A stretch of 59,961 bases of DNA, counting the filler. It is 4 parts of 4 records of this genome, joined end to end, with 100 filler letters (N's around TTAATTAATTAA, not from the genome) between each part and the next. Parts side by side here need not be neighbours in the genome. Positions count along the whole stretch, not along the records: positions 1 to 31,472 come from SRR31156797_2833; 3 more parts are not named here. One strand, given 5' to 3'. The notes under the pieces were generated by a model. That model had not been told where the DNA came from and did not search any database. It was given only the letters and a program-made list of their open reading frames with translations. A program made the translations under genes and the position numbers. Within the stretch, counting starts at the first letter, position 1; each line of letters begins with the position of its first letter. This document shows positions 1-11,153 of this stretch, in pieces.

Positions 1-909
1 CATTTTGGCGATTTCCATGAAGTAATTCATACCCTGGGCCCAGAAAAAAGAGAGCCGTGGGGCAAAGGTGTCGATATCCATTCCTGCATTTACACCGGCG
101 CGGGCATAGTCCCAGCCATCGGCGAGGGTATAGGCCATCTCAATATCTGAGGTTGCACCTGCCTCTTCCATATGATACCCGGAAATACTGATACTGTTGT
201 ATTTGGGCATGTTTTCTGACGTGTAAGCAAAAATGTCAGAGATGATTTTCATGGAATTTGCAGGCGGATAAATATAGGTATTACGCACCATGTATTCTTT
301 GAGAATGTCGTTCTGGATAGTTCCGCCAAGCTGACTTTGTTTGACTCCCTGTTCCTCGGCGGCCACGATATAAAAAGCCATGATTGGCAGTACTGCACCG
401 TTCATGGTCATGGAAACTGTCATCTCGTCGAGGGGAATACCGTCAAAAAGAACGTTCATGTCCAGGATAGAGTCTACCGCAACCCCGGCCTTACCAACAT
501 CACCAACAACTCTTTCATGATCAGAGTCGTACCCGCGGTGGGTCGCCAGGTCAAAGGCAATGGAAAGACCTTTCTGTCCGGCTGCCAGGTTACGACGGTA
601 GAATGCATTACTTTCCTCAGCTGTTGAGAAACCAGCATACTGCCGTACTGTCCACGGGCGCATGACAAACATGGTCGCATACGGCCCCCTCATGTAAGGT
701 GCAATGCCGGCCTGATAGGAAAGGTGGTCAAGGCCCTGGTAATCATCGCGCATATACATGGGTTTGACATCGATCTGTTCCACTGTTTTCCAGGCCAGGT
801 CTTCAGCGGACATACCTGTTTCTTTTTGAATAGCAGCCGCCCAGGTGGAGTAATCCATGCGCGACTTGGTCGGATCAAAGGCTATATTTGTAAAATTAGG
901 ATTGCTCAT
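1..909 (-). CDS. mutB: Methylmalonyl-CoA mutase large (catalytic) subunit, 5' part; runs off the window start
   Basis: Not in the ORF track. Manual translation from ATG at 909 (ATGA overlap with the upstream stop) gives [11 protein letters not shown]...[57 protein letters not shown], the MCM signature. Confidence 0.96.
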   Translation of the reverse strand, partial: MSNPNFTNIAFDPTKSRMDYSTWAAAIQKETGMSAEDLAWKTVEQIDVKPMYMRDDYQGLDHLSYQAGIAPYMRGPYATMFVMRPWTVRQYAGFSTAEESNAFYRRNLAAGQKGLSIAFDLATHRGYDSDHERVVGDVGKAGVAVDSILDMNVLFDGIPLDEMTVSMTMNGAVLPIMAFYIVAAEEQGVKQSQLGGTIQNDILKEYMVRNTYIYPPANSMKIISDIFAYTSENMPKYNSISISGYHMEEAGATSDIEMAYTLADGWDYARAGVNAGMDIDTFAPRLSFFWAQGMNYFMEIAKM

Positions 910-3044
910 GCTGTCACCCCCAAATGTTTTTGCACTGTTCCTAAAAGTTCCAGAGCGTTTGAACGCATATGTAGGAATTCATCGACACCGGCCTCTTTGA
1001 AGGACTCAATATGATCTTTAGGGTATCCTGCTAAGATGATGAGGGTGTCTGGCTGGGCAGATTTAATTTTGTTTACTAAAGGTGGTACTACCTCTGGGTA
1101 GTCTGCATCTGTAGAACAGATGACAACTGCTTTGGCTCCTGAATCCAACGCTGCTTGGCCTGCTTCATCAGCCGAACTGAACCCGTCGTTGCCAATTGTT
1201 TCAAAAGCTCCAACATTGAAGAAAGCTGTGGAGAAATCTGCACGTGCTTTGTGTTGTGGGATAGGCCCCATATTTGCCAGGAACAGCTTGGGAGTCGCGC
1301 CCGTTTGGGCTGTAAAGGCCTCTGTTGCCCGCCGGAGGTGCTCAAACGGCTCCGGACCCCGGTGGATATTAAGCGGGGAAACAGTTTCTGTTGCTGTAGA
1401 ATCACCGCGGATGGCTTGGGACACATCTCCGAGAGTGGCGCCAATTGATACTGCAGCCGCGGCTCTTTCAACAACCTCGGCATTGATACTCTTTTGGCTT
1501 TCAACCACCTGTGCCAAAGCTGCATCACAAGCAGCCTGATCTGTCTGAGCTTCAAATTGGATAACCTGGTCCGCCCGGTCAGTCTGAAATGCAACAGCAT
1601 CCAGCTCATCGGTTGATTCGGGTTTTTCCAACAAATTAGGATACATATTGGTGCCGACAAAGCGATCTTTACGGATGGCAATATTTTTGGCACGTTGAGC
1701 AGCAACTTCAGCAACTTGTTTTTGTGGGATTCCTGCGTTCAGGACGGCGAACATGCCTTCCTGCTTTTCAATTTCCTGGAACTGTTCCCAGGCTTTTTTT
1801 GCTATCTCACCGGTGATAGTTTCTACATACCAGCAGCCGCCAGCTGGATCGACAACCTTGTCAAAATGGCCTTCATCCCTGAGCACAATCTGAACATTTC
1901 GTGCAATACGTCTGGAAAAGTCATTGGGTTGTCTGAAAATTTCGTCAAAAGGACTGACATGCATGGAGTCCACACCGCCTGCGACCCCTGAAAATGCCTC
2001 GGTAGAGACCCGCAGCATGTTAACCCAGGGATCAACATGGGTTTTATTCCAGGTTGAGGTGCGGGCATGGATTTTCATTTTTCTGGATTCTTCATTGCCA
2101 CCGAAAGACTCCACTACTTGGCACCAGGCCATTCTTGCTGCGCGAAATTTTGCAATTTCCATGAAGAAATCAGCACCAATGGAAAAAGCGAACATTATTT
2201 TTGGAGCTATTTCATCAATGGTGAGCCCACGTTCCTGCATCGCACGGACGTATTCAACTGCCGTTGCCATTGCATAGGCCACTTCCTGTACCGCATTGCC
2301 TCCGCTGCACTGATAAGGGTCAACATGAACAGCAATCGTTTGTAACTCAGGAGCGTTGGCCAGGGCCCAATGGGTTACCTGTGCCATCTCATTGTAGGCC
2401 TGGGAAAGTGAAAGAGGCAGTGAGCCCTGCACAGCAAGATAACCTAACGGATCAACAGCAATACAGCCTGTGAGTTTTTGTGAATCTGTACCTTGTTTTT
2501 TGAGATGTGCTGCCAGCAGGGCGGTCAGCCCAACTCCTGAAAATCCACAGTGCAGTTGCACCGGTATGGCTGTGAAATCAATATCTTTGAAAGCCTGCTC
2601 AATATCTGCCATTGTTGCAATGGAAAGGCCGCCTTTACCTACATCTTCAGCAGTTGCCTTGTCTGGATTGATCCCCTTGCAGGTGGCATTGTCAAAGATT
2701 ACGTTGAGTGCATTCTGTCCGCGACCGAGGTCGTTAATGGCTGCTGCGTTAAATTCTTCAGGGTCTGAGTCGGTAATTTCCTGCGCAATCTCCCAGGGAT
2801 TGACAACGTTTGCTGATGCAGAGGTTCCTCGCACATATGGTAATTGGCCAGGTAAGGTGCCTACAAAATCGAGTTTGTCCAAATCATGTTCGAAGTACAT
2901 CGGTTGGATATCAATCCCTTCGTAGGTCTTTTTTACCAGGACCTTTTCAAAAGGTTTACCCTTGAGCTGTTTATCAACCGCCTCTAGCCAGTCCGCATGG
3001 GTGTGAGCAGGGAAAGCCTGTAAGATCTCTAGAGCCTCACTCAT
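906..3044 (-). CDS. mutA: Methylmalonyl-CoA mutase small subunit
   Basis: Motifs [30 protein letters not shown]. The C-terminal B12-binding-like domain lacks DxHxxG (has QHKARADF). RBS AGGAG; coupled to the large subunit. Confidence 0.93.
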   Translation of the reverse strand: MSEALEILQAFPAHTHADWLEAVDKQLKGKPFEKVLVKKTYEGIDIQPMYFEHDLDKLDFVGTLPGQLPYVRGTSASANVVNPWEIAQEITDSDPEEFNAAAINDLGRGQNALNVIFDNATCKGINPDKATAEDVGKGGLSIATMADIEQAFKDIDFTAIPVQLHCGFSGVGLTALLAAHLKKQGTDSQKLTGCIAVDPLGYLAVQGSLPLSLSQAYNEMAQVTHWALANAPELQTIAVHVDPYQCSGGNAVQEVAYAMATAVEYVRAMQERGLTIDEIAPKIMFAFSIGADFFMEIAKFRAARMAWCQVVESFGGNEESRKMKIHARTSTWNKTHVDPWVNMLRVSTEAFSGVAGGVDSMHVSPFDEIFRQPNDFSRRIARNVQIVLRDEGHFDKVVDPAGGCWYVETITGEIAKKAWEQFQEIEKQEGMFAVLNAGIPQKQVAEVAAQRAKNIAIRKDRFVGTNMYPNLLEKPESTDELDAVAFQTDRADQVIQFEAQTDQAACDAALAQVVESQKSINAEVVERAAAAVSIGATLGDVSQAIRGDSTATETVSPLNIHRGPEPFEHLRRATEAFTAQTGATPKLFLANMGPIPQHKARADFSTAFFNVGAFETIGNDGFSSADEAGQAALDSGAKAVVICSTDADYPEVVPPLVNKIKSAQPDTLIILAGYPKDHIESFKEAGVDEFLHMRSNALELLGTVQKHLGVTA

Positions 3045-3074
3045 TTCTATCTCCTATTCCATTGTTGGATGGTC

Positions 3075-3127
3075 AAAAAAAAACCAAAAAAAAATCCCCC
3101 AGCTCTTTTCAAAAGAGCTGGGGGATT
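3075..3127 (-). terminator. Intrinsic terminator in the mutA leader (riboswitch expression platform)
   Basis: Perfect 17-bp inverted repeat (3093-3109/3111-3127) followed by a long U-tract on the minus strand, between the aptamer and the mutA RBS. Confidence 0.85.
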
Positions 3128-3227
3128 GCGCCCGGTTTACTTCATCACCCCAATAAACTGCTACGTGCTTCAACAGTTTACATCATGCGTCCAATACGGT
3201 ACCTCGCCGCTTGCGCTGATAGAAAAG

Positions 3228-3393
3228 TCAATGGTAGGTCTTCTGGCTTCCGGATTATCCTACTCGCTGCGTCTTCCCAACCTCAATGGTCAGTGACATT
3301 TTACAGCTTTCGTCCCCGGTTACAGCGGCGGGACCACAACGGATTTACACCGTTTTCCCTTTTACGCCCAATAGTTACATCAAGCACCATTAC
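3228..3393 (-). ncRNA. Cobalamin riboswitch upstream of mutA
   Basis: Minus strand reads GGTGC...AAAAGGGAAAACGGTGTAAATCCGT...CCCGCCGCTGTAA...GTCACTG...GGGAAG...GCCAGAAGACCTACC, the conserved core and B12 box. Confidence 0.93.
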
Positions 3394-3655
3394 TTTGTAT
3401 GTATGCTATGTTTCTTAGAGTAAAATTTATAAGGTGTCAAGTAAGTTCGCTTGATTGGAAATAGTAATTTCCGTTTATGCTTTGAGGTAAGGGGCTGATA
3501 CAGTTCACATTCCGAGACGTATCAAATATCATTTGATGCTTTCTTTTTTTGTTTTATTTAAACGCATTGTTCGTGCTTCAAATTCAGTTCTGAAGAATTA
3601 ACAGCTGTATTTTGTGTTGACATAGCTGCCCGGTACCATATAGAGTATGTCGCAG

Positions 3656-3829
3656 CCTGGTGCTTCTCATAGGGAGGAGCGGCAAGAGGGAATCCGGTGT
3701 GAATCCGGAACTGTCCCGCAGCGGTGAATGGAAACGACCGCCGTCATTAAGCACTGATTCGTGTCGGATTGGGAAGCGACGGCCAGTAGGTAAGCATAAT
3801 CATGTCCATGAGTCCGAAGACCTGCCAGG
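3656..3829 (+). ncRNA. Cobalamin riboswitch upstream of nrdD
   Basis: GGTGC...AGAGGGAATCCGGTGTGAATCCGGAACTGTCCCGCAGCGGTGA...GCACTG...GGGAAG...GAGTCCGAAGACCTGCC; a TTGACA -35 lies at 3617-3622. Confidence 0.95.
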
Positions 3830-3884
3830 TTTATGCATGTTTGCTTATTTGGTGCAAGCATACCTTCGCGGAAAGGAGAGAAAA

Positions 3885-6026
3885 ATGTATGATGGTTCCC
3901 CGGCAGCAGCAGCTGTCTCCCCTGAGTTGTTTTTTCAAAATATCCGTAAACGAAACGGTAAAGTAACCCCCTTTCAGGCCGAAAAAATTACTGGTGCCAT
4001 TTTAAAAGCTGCCCAGGCAACCGGTGAATTCGAGCAGCCGGAAGCAAGGCGGCTGACCGTTTGGGTGTTGGGACTAGCCAAAGCTTTTTGGGAGCACGAC
4101 ATTCCCGAGGTCGAGTCCATTCAGGATTTGGTGGAAGAGGTCCTGTTGAGTTCCCCTCATAAAAAAACTGCAAAAGCGTATATTTTATACCGGGAGCAGC
4201 GTAGTCTGGCTCGTAAGCTCGCAGAGGAGGCAGATGTAAGGATTATTGATCAATACCTGGAGCGCATGGACTGGAAAATAGAGGAAAACTCTAATATGAG
4301 CTATTCTCTCCAGGGAATGAATCATTATATATCCAGTGAAATCAGTAAAACATACTGGCTCAACGCTCTTTATCCACCAGAGGTTCGCGCTGCACATGAA
4401 GCAGGCGATCTCCACTTGCATGATCTCGGTTTATTATCAACGTACTGTGTAGGATGGGATCTACAGGATTTGCTTCTTCAGGGATTCTGCGGAGTTAGCG
4501 GTAAGGCTGTTTCCATGCCTGCCAAGCATTTTCGTTCAGCTCTTGGCCAGGTGGTGAACTTTTTTTATACCCTCCAGGGGGAAGCCGCCGGTGCCCAGGC
4601 CTTTTCCAGTTTTGACACCCTCCTAGCGCCCTTTGTCCGTTACGACGGTCTGCAGTACTCTGATATCAAGCAGGCTATTCAGGAATTTGTTTTTAACCTG
4701 AATGTTCCCACCAGAGTCGGCTTTCAAACACCATTTACGAACCTGACCATGGATCTGCAGCCTCCGGCAACCCTTGCAGCTCAGCCTGTTATCATCGGCG
4801 GAGAGCAGAAGGAAGCAATGTATGGTGATTTCCAGATGGAAATGACCATGATTAACCAAGCCTTCCTGGAGGTGATGGGAGAGGGAGATGCCCAAGGTCG
4901 GGTATTTACCTTTCCTATTCCAACCTACAATATTGCTGCTGATTTTGATTGGCAAAACAGGGAACTGGATGTCTTATGGGAGGCAACTGCAAAATATGGT
5001 ATTCCCTATTTCGCTAATTATGTAAATTCTGATCTTTCCCCGGAAGACGCCCGCTCCATGTGTTGTCGGCTGCGGCTCGATATACGTGAGTTGGGCAAGC
5101 GCGGTGGTGGCTTGTTCGGTGCCAATCCTCTGACCGGAAGTATTGGAGTGGTGACGATCAATCTAGCTGCCTTGGGCTACCAGGCAGACTGGGAAGGAGA
5201 CTTTTTTACTCGGCTGGATCGTTTATTGGATATTGCCAAGACAAGCCTTGAGGTAAAGCGAAAGGTACTTGAAGATTTGACCAGCAAGGGGTTGTACCCT
5301 TATACCCGATTTTATTTACGCCAAGTATATGAGCAGTCTTCCTTATTCTGGAACAACCATTTTTCTACCATCGGTATTATCGGAGGCAACGAGGCCTGTC
5401 TTAACTTGTTTGAAGAGGATATTGGTACTGATAAAGGGAGAGCATTTGCCGGGCGGATACTGGATCATATCCGCGATCGTTTACTCGCCTTTCAGGAAGA
5501 GACGGGTAACTTATATAACCTTGAGGCCACGCCGGCCGAAGGTACAGGTTACCGGTTGGCTAGAATCGACCAGAAACGGTTTCCGGACATGCGGAGTACT
5601 CTTGCCGATGAAAGTGACCAGGTAGCACTGTATACCAATTCAACCCAGTTGCCGATAAACTATAGTGAAGATGTGTTTAAGGTCTTTGATCTTCAGGATA
5701 AACTGCAGACAAAGTATACCGGTGGGACGGTACTGCATGTTTTCCTCGGAGAGGCTGTGGCAGACAAGGAGGCGTTGAAAACTTTTGTTCGTACTGTTTG
5801 CTCCAGATACCAGCTTCCTTATTTCACCATCTCGCCCTCTTTTTCTATCTGCCCTACCCATGGCTACCTGAATGGTGAGCAGGACAAGTGTGAAAAGTGC
5901 GGTGCCAAGACAGAGATTTATTCGAGGGTTGTCGGTTATATGCGCCCCATTGGTCAATGGAATAAAGGCAAGCGTGCTGAATTTGGCAAAAGACGTCACT
6001 TCCAACTGGAGGTGCAGCCATGTTAA
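3885..6026 (+). CDS. nrdD: Anaerobic (class III) ribonucleoside-triphosphate reductase with ATP cone
   Basis: ATP cone (IRKRNG), SMCCRL, YNLEATPAEG, Zn site CPTH/CEKC, glycyl-radical loop YSRVVGY. Start moved from 3660 to the ATG at 3885, which follows RBS AAGGAG, because the upstream part of the ORF is the riboswitch. Confidence 0.96.
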   Translation: MYDGSPAAAAVSPELFFQNIRKRNGKVTPFQAEKITGAILKAAQATGEFEQPEARRLTVWVLGLAKAFWEHDIPEVESIQDLVEEVLLSSPHKKTAKAYILYREQRSLARKLAEEADVRIIDQYLERMDWKIEENSNMSYSLQGMNHYISSEISKTYWLNALYPPEVRAAHEAGDLHLHDLGLLSTYCVGWDLQDLLLQGFCGVSGKAVSMPAKHFRSALGQVVNFFYTLQGEAAGAQAFSSFDTLLAPFVRYDGLQYSDIKQAIQEFVFNLNVPTRVGFQTPFTNLTMDLQPPATLAAQPVIIGGEQKEAMYGDFQMEMTMINQAFLEVMGEGDAQGRVFTFPIPTYNIAADFDWQNRELDVLWEATAKYGIPYFANYVNSDLSPEDARSMCCRLRLDIRELGKRGGGLFGANPLTGSIGVVTINLAALGYQADWEGDFFTRLDRLLDIAKTSLEVKRKVLEDLTSKGLYPYTRFYLRQVYEQSSLFWNNHFSTIGIIGGNEACLNLFEEDIGTDKGRAFAGRILDHIRDRLLAFQEETGNLYNLEATPAEGTGYRLARIDQKRFPDMRSTLADESDQVALYTNSTQLPINYSEDVFKVFDLQDKLQTKYTGGTVLHVFLGEAVADKEALKTFVRTVCSRYQLPYFTISPSFSICPTHGYLNGEQDKCEKCGAKTEIYSRVVGYMRPIGQWNKGKRAEFGKRRHFQLEVQPC

Positions 6027-6604
6027 TCGGTGGATTTCAGTCGTTTACCCTCAGTGATTTTCCAGGGAAACCAGCCGCAATAGTTTTTACCCAGGGATGC
6101 AACTTTAATTGCCCCTATTGCCATAACCAACATCTGTTGAGGAACTCGGTAAAACCTTCTTCCTTTATGGAAGAAAGTGTCCTTAGTTTTATGGAAAAGT
6201 ATACCGGGATGCTGGAAGGATTGGTTGTTACGGGTGGTGAACCTACTCTGCAGCCGGATTTAATGCGCTTTGTGTCGGAAATTAAATCACTTGGGTTTGC
6301 TGTGAAGTTGGACACCAATGGGAGTGCCCCGCAATGCCTTCTGGAATTGTTGGAAAATAACCTGATCGATTATATCGCCATGGATGTTAAAGCGCCCTGT
6401 GAAAAATATAATCAGTTATGTGGTACAGCGGTTGATGTCGCGTGTATCCGTGATTCCATGGATCTTATTGCTTCCAGTGGAATACCTCACCATTTTAGAA
6501 CAACCTATTATCCAGCTTTGCTTGGAGAAGAAGATATTGAGGATGTCAAAAAGTTGGTTCCAGAAGGCTCGCAATATGTTGTTCAGCAGTACATACCTGT
6601 ATAA
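6020..6604 (+). CDS. nrdG: Anaerobic RNR activating radical SAM protein
   Basis: GCNFNCPYCHN, TGGEPTLQ and KLDTNGS motifs; overlaps the end of nrdD. Confidence 0.95.
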   Translation: MLIGGFQSFTLSDFPGKPAAIVFTQGCNFNCPYCHNQHLLRNSVKPSSFMEESVLSFMEKYTGMLEGLVVTGGEPTLQPDLMRFVSEIKSLGFAVKLDTNGSAPQCLLELLENNLIDYIAMDVKAPCEKYNQLCGTAVDVACIRDSMDLIASSGIPHHFRTTYYPALLGEEDIEDVKKLVPEGSQYVVQQYIPV

Positions 6605-6684
6605 GGCGTAGTCGGTGGATAATGTACATTGGAAGATACTTATCGGTGTACATTGTCGTTTCGTGAGATGGAAAAAACTATTTA

Positions 6685-6724
6685 GTCAGATGATTCGTAA
6701 ACTGCAGTGTACGAATCATCTGAC
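6685..6724. terminator. 15-bp perfect hairpin downstream of nrdG
   Basis: GTCAGATGATTCGTA-N10-TACGAATCATCTGAC; no clear U-tract. Confidence 0.5.
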
Positions 6725-7428
6725 AGGTGCACCAACTAGGCTGTGACAATATTGAACCAGCGTTCAAACGTATCAGGCATGCCTTGAGTTTCTTTGAAAT
6801 TTCCCTGTGTTCCTTCCGCGTTAATTCCTCCATCTGTCAGCTGGTCATCAACAGTTGCCTTTCTATAAATACATCCCGTTTCAGAGACAATTTTACGTTT
6901 CTCCTTTTAATCTTGCCAGAATTTGTGCCTCATTTTAGCATAGTTTCACTCAAGGACTGTATGCACCCCCCTGCTATAGAGCATCTGTATCATTGGATAA
7001 ACGTGGCAGCAGAAAAGTAGGACTTACAAATCTTAGAGAGGACTCCATTTTTTTTAAACAAGATTTTTGTATAAAGTGGAATCGTCACCGATGCACAGGC
7101 TTCCTATGCCATTATCGGCAGCAATAGGGCTTATCACGTACATCAGCTAGGTTGGTCGAGCTGATACCCACCACTTTGCCCTGTTTCGTCAAGGTAAGGG
7201 AATGATTACAATCTATTAAAATACGTTCGTTAATGTAAAAGGTACGAAGGTTCTTGAATTTGCGTTGATACTATATTTGAATACTAATGGAATTAATGAA
7301 CTAATTGGCGATGTTGACACTTTTGTTATCAAAGGGACAAACAATGAGTGCATGTGATTCATTTTGCCTCGGTTGATTGTTATAATTTTTTCAAGATGAA
7401 AAATGGATAAGGACAGGGTGCTTTCAAG

Positions 7429-9855
7429 ATGAAACTGTTATTTAAAATTTTTGGATGGATATGTCTTGCCCTTGTAGGAATCATTACAATTGCTGTTGTT
7501 GGCTTGCATTTCATAAGCGATCAACAGTACAAGGAATGGATTGTCTCAGCTGCAAAGTCTGCCACAGGGCGAGAGGTAAAGATTGACGGTGAGTTCATTT
7601 TTCAATTTGGATCCCAATTAAAAATCTCAGCGGAGAAAGTCAGCTTTCCTAATGCTCAATGGGGAAAACGAGCTGAAATGATTTCTGTTGAACGCCTTTT
7701 TTTGAACCTGAAGCTATTGCCGCTTTTAAGAGGGGTCGTTGATGTAAGCTTGGAAATAGATAAGCCCGATATTCTTTTGGAAAAAGATAAAGAGGGCAAC
7801 GGTAATTGGGTCTTTGCAGCTTCTCCATCATCATCGCAACAGGTGCCTGAACCAGAAGTCGAAGGTGAATCAGGCACAGCAGGACTTCCCTTTAAACCCT
7901 TTATCCGTAACTTCGAAATCAACGATCTTAAATTAGCCTTCCAACCCGGTCCCGAAGGGAAGGATATAGTAGCAGAAATTAAGTACTTGAAAATTTATAC
8001 CGATGATAAAGGTATTCCTTTGTCCCTGCTCGGCACATACCAGGGTGTCCCCATTGAGTTAAACGGCGATTTGGGGCAGCTTGAAGATTGGCATGAAAAC
8101 CGGCTGACACAGGTTTCCCTGCAAGGAAGTTTTAATAAGGCACAACTGGCTGTCAACGGTTCGGTGGGACCACTCTTTCCCCAACCAAATGCCAAGGTTA
8201 AGCTTTCTTTTACTGCTGAAGACCTTTCCTCAATTGGTGCATTTACAGGTACGTCTTTAGCACACCTGAAAAAGCTGGGGGCCTTGCAGCTTGATGGCAA
8301 TATTGTTGTTTCGAACCAAGCGCTTAAACTCGATGCAGTCAATATTACGTTAGAAAAACTTGGTCTTGCGGCTCAAACAGATGGGGCAATCAAGGATTTG
8401 GGCTCATTATCAGGTGCTGAGGCGAAGATCGCAGTACGTCTCGACTCTCTCGCGCACCTGACTCCGTTTATAGAGAGTGAACTGCCGATGACAGGCCCGT
8501 GGAAACTTGATGTTCAAGCAGAAAGCAAAGAATTACAAGCAGGACCTGCAACGATATCCGCCAAGCTTATGGGGGAAGGGATAACAACTCAGGTGGATGC
8601 AACCATTCCTGATATCGTAGCACCAGGTAATATTAACGCAAAATTTTCAATGGACACAGATTCGTTATCCAAATTTGGAGTTTTGCTGAACAAAGACTTA
8701 TCCGATAACGGCCCATTAAAAGTAACTGCCGATATCTCCGCACGGTCGGGTGAATACCGTGTTGACTCGTTTCTTGCTTCTTTAAAACAGGCCAAGATAC
8801 TTGCAGATCTAAGCTATACATTGCCAAAGAAAAGCGAATCTGGGCGTACTCAACTTGTCGGGAAAATGGACATCCATGATCTCGACCTTGATAAGTTGTT
8901 TCCACCAACTCAAAAAGCTCCTGAGGTGGTAGCGGAAGAAGTTGGAGGTACTGTGAAACCTGAGATTGAGGACGAAAGAGAGACAGAACCGACTGGAAAA
9001 AAATTGTTCTCCAATGAACCCTTGGCCGTGGGTTGGCTGCAGGACTACAATATTGACCTGAAACTGGAGGCTGATAATTTAACCCTCCACACAGGATTTA
9101 CTGCCCATGGCACCTTTGCCGTTACCCTTGATGATGCATTACTTACATTGGGGCCGCTTGATTTTAAGGGTGGGAAAGGTGGGACAGGGAAAGGGTTAAT
9201 TGTTCTTAATGCTGGCAATCCGGAAGCCAGAATTGATATCTTTGCGGATTTTACGGATTTTGTTTCACCACGATACGGAGGTGATTTTGATCTTGATATA
9301 GATCTTGTTGGAAGCGGTGAATCAATGGCTGATCTGATGGGCAGCCTGAACGGTCAGCTTATAGCAGTACTAAGTGATGTCGAGCTTCAGGAATCAAGTA
9401 TGACCAAATTTGGTGCTGGTATGCTTCAAAATATGAACCCTCTCGGCAACAAAACTGTCATGCTCGAGTGTGGCATTGTTCGGCTTGATGTTGTTGATGG
9501 GCTGGTGGACTTCACAAAGAAAATTGCTGCTCAAACAACTGAAGTAACATGGTATGGTACTGGAAAGATCAATTTGAAGACTGAAAAAATTAATCTTGAT
9601 ATACATCCCAAACCAAGAAAAACAATAAGTTCTCTTACCAACGTTGGTCTCGCCGAGCTGATTCATATTGGTGGTACCCTTGCAGAACCCAAGGTTGGTA
9701 TTGATATCAAAGATGTCGCTGTCAAATATGCTGCCTTCGGAGCTCATTTTGCTACCGGAGGCTTATCTTTTTTTGCAGAAAAAATATTCGAAAATCGCAA
9801 GGCAAATATGGATCATTGTCTACGGATTATATCTGATGCAGACAAAGAAGAGTAG
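7429..9855 (+). CDS. AsmA family protein
   Basis: N-terminal TM anchor, ATGREVKIDG, NAQWG, GNGNW, beta-rich body and C-terminal IGGTLAEP. Confidence 0.88.
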   Translation: MKLLFKIFGWICLALVGIITIAVVGLHFISDQQYKEWIVSAAKSATGREVKIDGEFIFQFGSQLKISAEKVSFPNAQWGKRAEMISVERLFLNLKLLPLLRGVVDVSLEIDKPDILLEKDKEGNGNWVFAASPSSSQQVPEPEVEGESGTAGLPFKPFIRNFEINDLKLAFQPGPEGKDIVAEIKYLKIYTDDKGIPLSLLGTYQGVPIELNGDLGQLEDWHENRLTQVSLQGSFNKAQLAVNGSVGPLFPQPNAKVKLSFTAEDLSSIGAFTGTSLAHLKKLGALQLDGNIVVSNQALKLDAVNITLEKLGLAAQTDGAIKDLGSLSGAEAKIAVRLDSLAHLTPFIESELPMTGPWKLDVQAESKELQAGPATISAKLMGEGITTQVDATIPDIVAPGNINAKFSMDTDSLSKFGVLLNKDLSDNGPLKVTADISARSGEYRVDSFLASLKQAKILADLSYTLPKKSESGRTQLVGKMDIHDLDLDKLFPPTQKAPEVVAEEVGGTVKPEIEDERETEPTGKKLFSNEPLAVGWLQDYNIDLKLEADNLTLHTGFTAHGTFAVTLDDALLTLGPLDFKGGKGGTGKGLIVLNAGNPEARIDIFADFTDFVSPRYGGDFDLDIDLVGSGESMADLMGSLNGQLIAVLSDVELQESSMTKFGAGMLQNMNPLGNKTVMLECGIVRLDVVDGLVDFTKKIAAQTTEVTWYGTGKINLKTEKINLDIHPKPRKTISSLTNVGLAELIHIGGTLAEPKVGIDIKDVAVKYAAFGAHFATGGLSFFAEKIFENRKANMDHCLRIISDADKEE

Positions 9856-10000
9856 TAACTATTGGGCCGGACTGCTCAACAGTTACAGATCGAAGTTAGA
9901 TGTTTTCGCTGCATAATGGTCAATAGTATTTGATTATTATCGGGCTTTCACAAGCCAGAAACGGACATGATTTGAAGGAGACGGTTGAAAATGCTGCCCT

Positions 10001-10726
10001 CTAGTGTATTTGAAAATGGACAGGCACAATGACTTCGCCTACCGTGGGGATGCCATCTTTTGTTGCCGGAATGAAATGCCATTTTTGCACAGCCTTGAGC
10101 GCAGCCTTGTCTAATAGCTGGTAGCCACTGCCTTGGCTGAGTTGAATGTGCTTGGGAGAACCGTCCTCAAGGACGAGGACACTGATCATGACGATTCCCT
10201 GCCAGCCCCTGCGGCGGGCAAGTGGAGGGTAGGTTGGCTTGGGGTTGCTCTGGTACAGGGGGCTTGCCTGAGATGTCACCGTTGCTGCCGCTGCTTGTTG
10301 GGCCGCGGGTGACGGATTTTGGGTGGTGGAGCTTGGTCTTCCTGCAGAGGTATTCTGTACATTTTGAGCTGGCTTTTTCCCAGTTTGCAGCTGTTTTTTT
10401 CTGGTTGGAGGTCGGATGTGCTTTACTTCTTTTGCTGTTGTCGGTTGAAGCGGGGCGGGTTCATCCGCTGTAACTTTATTTAGCTTTGGCAGGGGGGCAG
10501 CTGGTACGGCCATCTGCTGTTGAGGGGGTCGCTGTGGCGGAGTTTGGGACGTTTGTACTTGCTGTGCCGCGTGCTGTTGTGCAACTGCACAGTCATCAAA
10601 GCTGACGGTAATGCTTTCTGCTCCAGGGAGCTGCGGAGCAAGCTGTGCATGTTCAGGCCAAGGGAGAAGCAGTATTCCTCCGTGAGAGATGAGCGCGCAG
10701 AAGAGAGCAAAGAGTATTCTTTGCAT
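10001..10726 (-). CDS. tonB: Energy transducer TonB
   Basis: TM with SHG, Pro/Gln-rich linker, C-terminal YPPLARRRGWQG...SGYQLLDKAAL...WHFIPA. Confidence 0.93.
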   Translation of the reverse strand: MQRILFALFCALISHGGILLLPWPEHAQLAPQLPGAESITVSFDDCAVAQQHAAQQVQTSQTPPQRPPQQQMAVPAAPLPKLNKVTADEPAPLQPTTAKEVKHIRPPTRKKQLQTGKKPAQNVQNTSAGRPSSTTQNPSPAAQQAAAATVTSQASPLYQSNPKPTYPPLARRRGWQGIVMISVLVLEDGSPKHIQLSQGSGYQLLDKAALKAVQKWHFIPATKDGIPTVGEVIVPVHFQIH

Positions 10727-10742
10727 GATTAACCTAGTTTCA

Positions 10743-11153
10743 TCATTCCCTGCTTGCCTGCAGGGATATTTTTGTCAGACCACAGGCCTTTAGCTCGTCA
10801 AGTGCCAGGTAGAGTTGCTGGTATGTGACTGTTTTTTCAGCAAAAACGAGTAGTTGCGGCTTTTCTTTGCCCCCTGCAATGGCGGTCAGCCGTTCATGCA
10901 GCTCCGCAGGCGTGAGAGGTTGTTCATTGAGAAAAAACTCAATGCCTGTTTGGCCATTTTTGATGGAAAGTGATACAGGACTTTCTTCCGTTTTTGTTGC
11001 TTGAGTCGATTGGGGGAGATCAAGCTGCAGCCCATGATGAACAGCCATGGAAAGCATGGCATAGATAAAAAAGACCAGCAACAGAAACACGATATCAATC
11101 AGCGGCAGCATCTCTATCCGTGCCGGTTTGGTTCGGATATGCTTGAGTTTCAT
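10743..11153 (-). CDS. exbD: Biopolymer transport protein ExbD
   Basis: IEMLPLIDIVFLLLVFF TM motif with the conserved Asp. Confidence 0.93.
   Translation of the reverse strand: MKLKHIRTKPARIEMLPLIDIVFLLLVFFIYAMLSMAVHHGLQLDLPQSTQATKTEESPVSLSIKNGQTGIEFFLNEQPLTPAELHERLTAIAGGKEKPQLLVFAEKTVTYQQLYLALDELKACGLTKISLQASRE

Noticed and set aside
3062-3418. ORFs at 3062-3418, 3069-3296 and 23498-23743
   Set aside because: They are antisense to riboswitch leaders and have no protein features.
3521-3537. ATCAAAT-ATC-ATTTGAT dyad as an FNR-type site for nrdD
   Set aside because: Half-sites are in the opposite orientation to TTGAT-N4-ATCAA, and a short AT-rich dyad could be chance.
3660-3884. 75-codon N-terminal extension of NrdD in the ORF track
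   Set aside because: It overlaps the cobalamin aptamer; a strong RBS precedes ATG 3885.
6605-7428. 820-bp intergenic region with short ORFs and an RBS-like AAAGGAG on the minus strand near 6905
   Set aside because: The frame following the RBS stops after about 17 codons; it may be a gene remnant but I cannot support a call.
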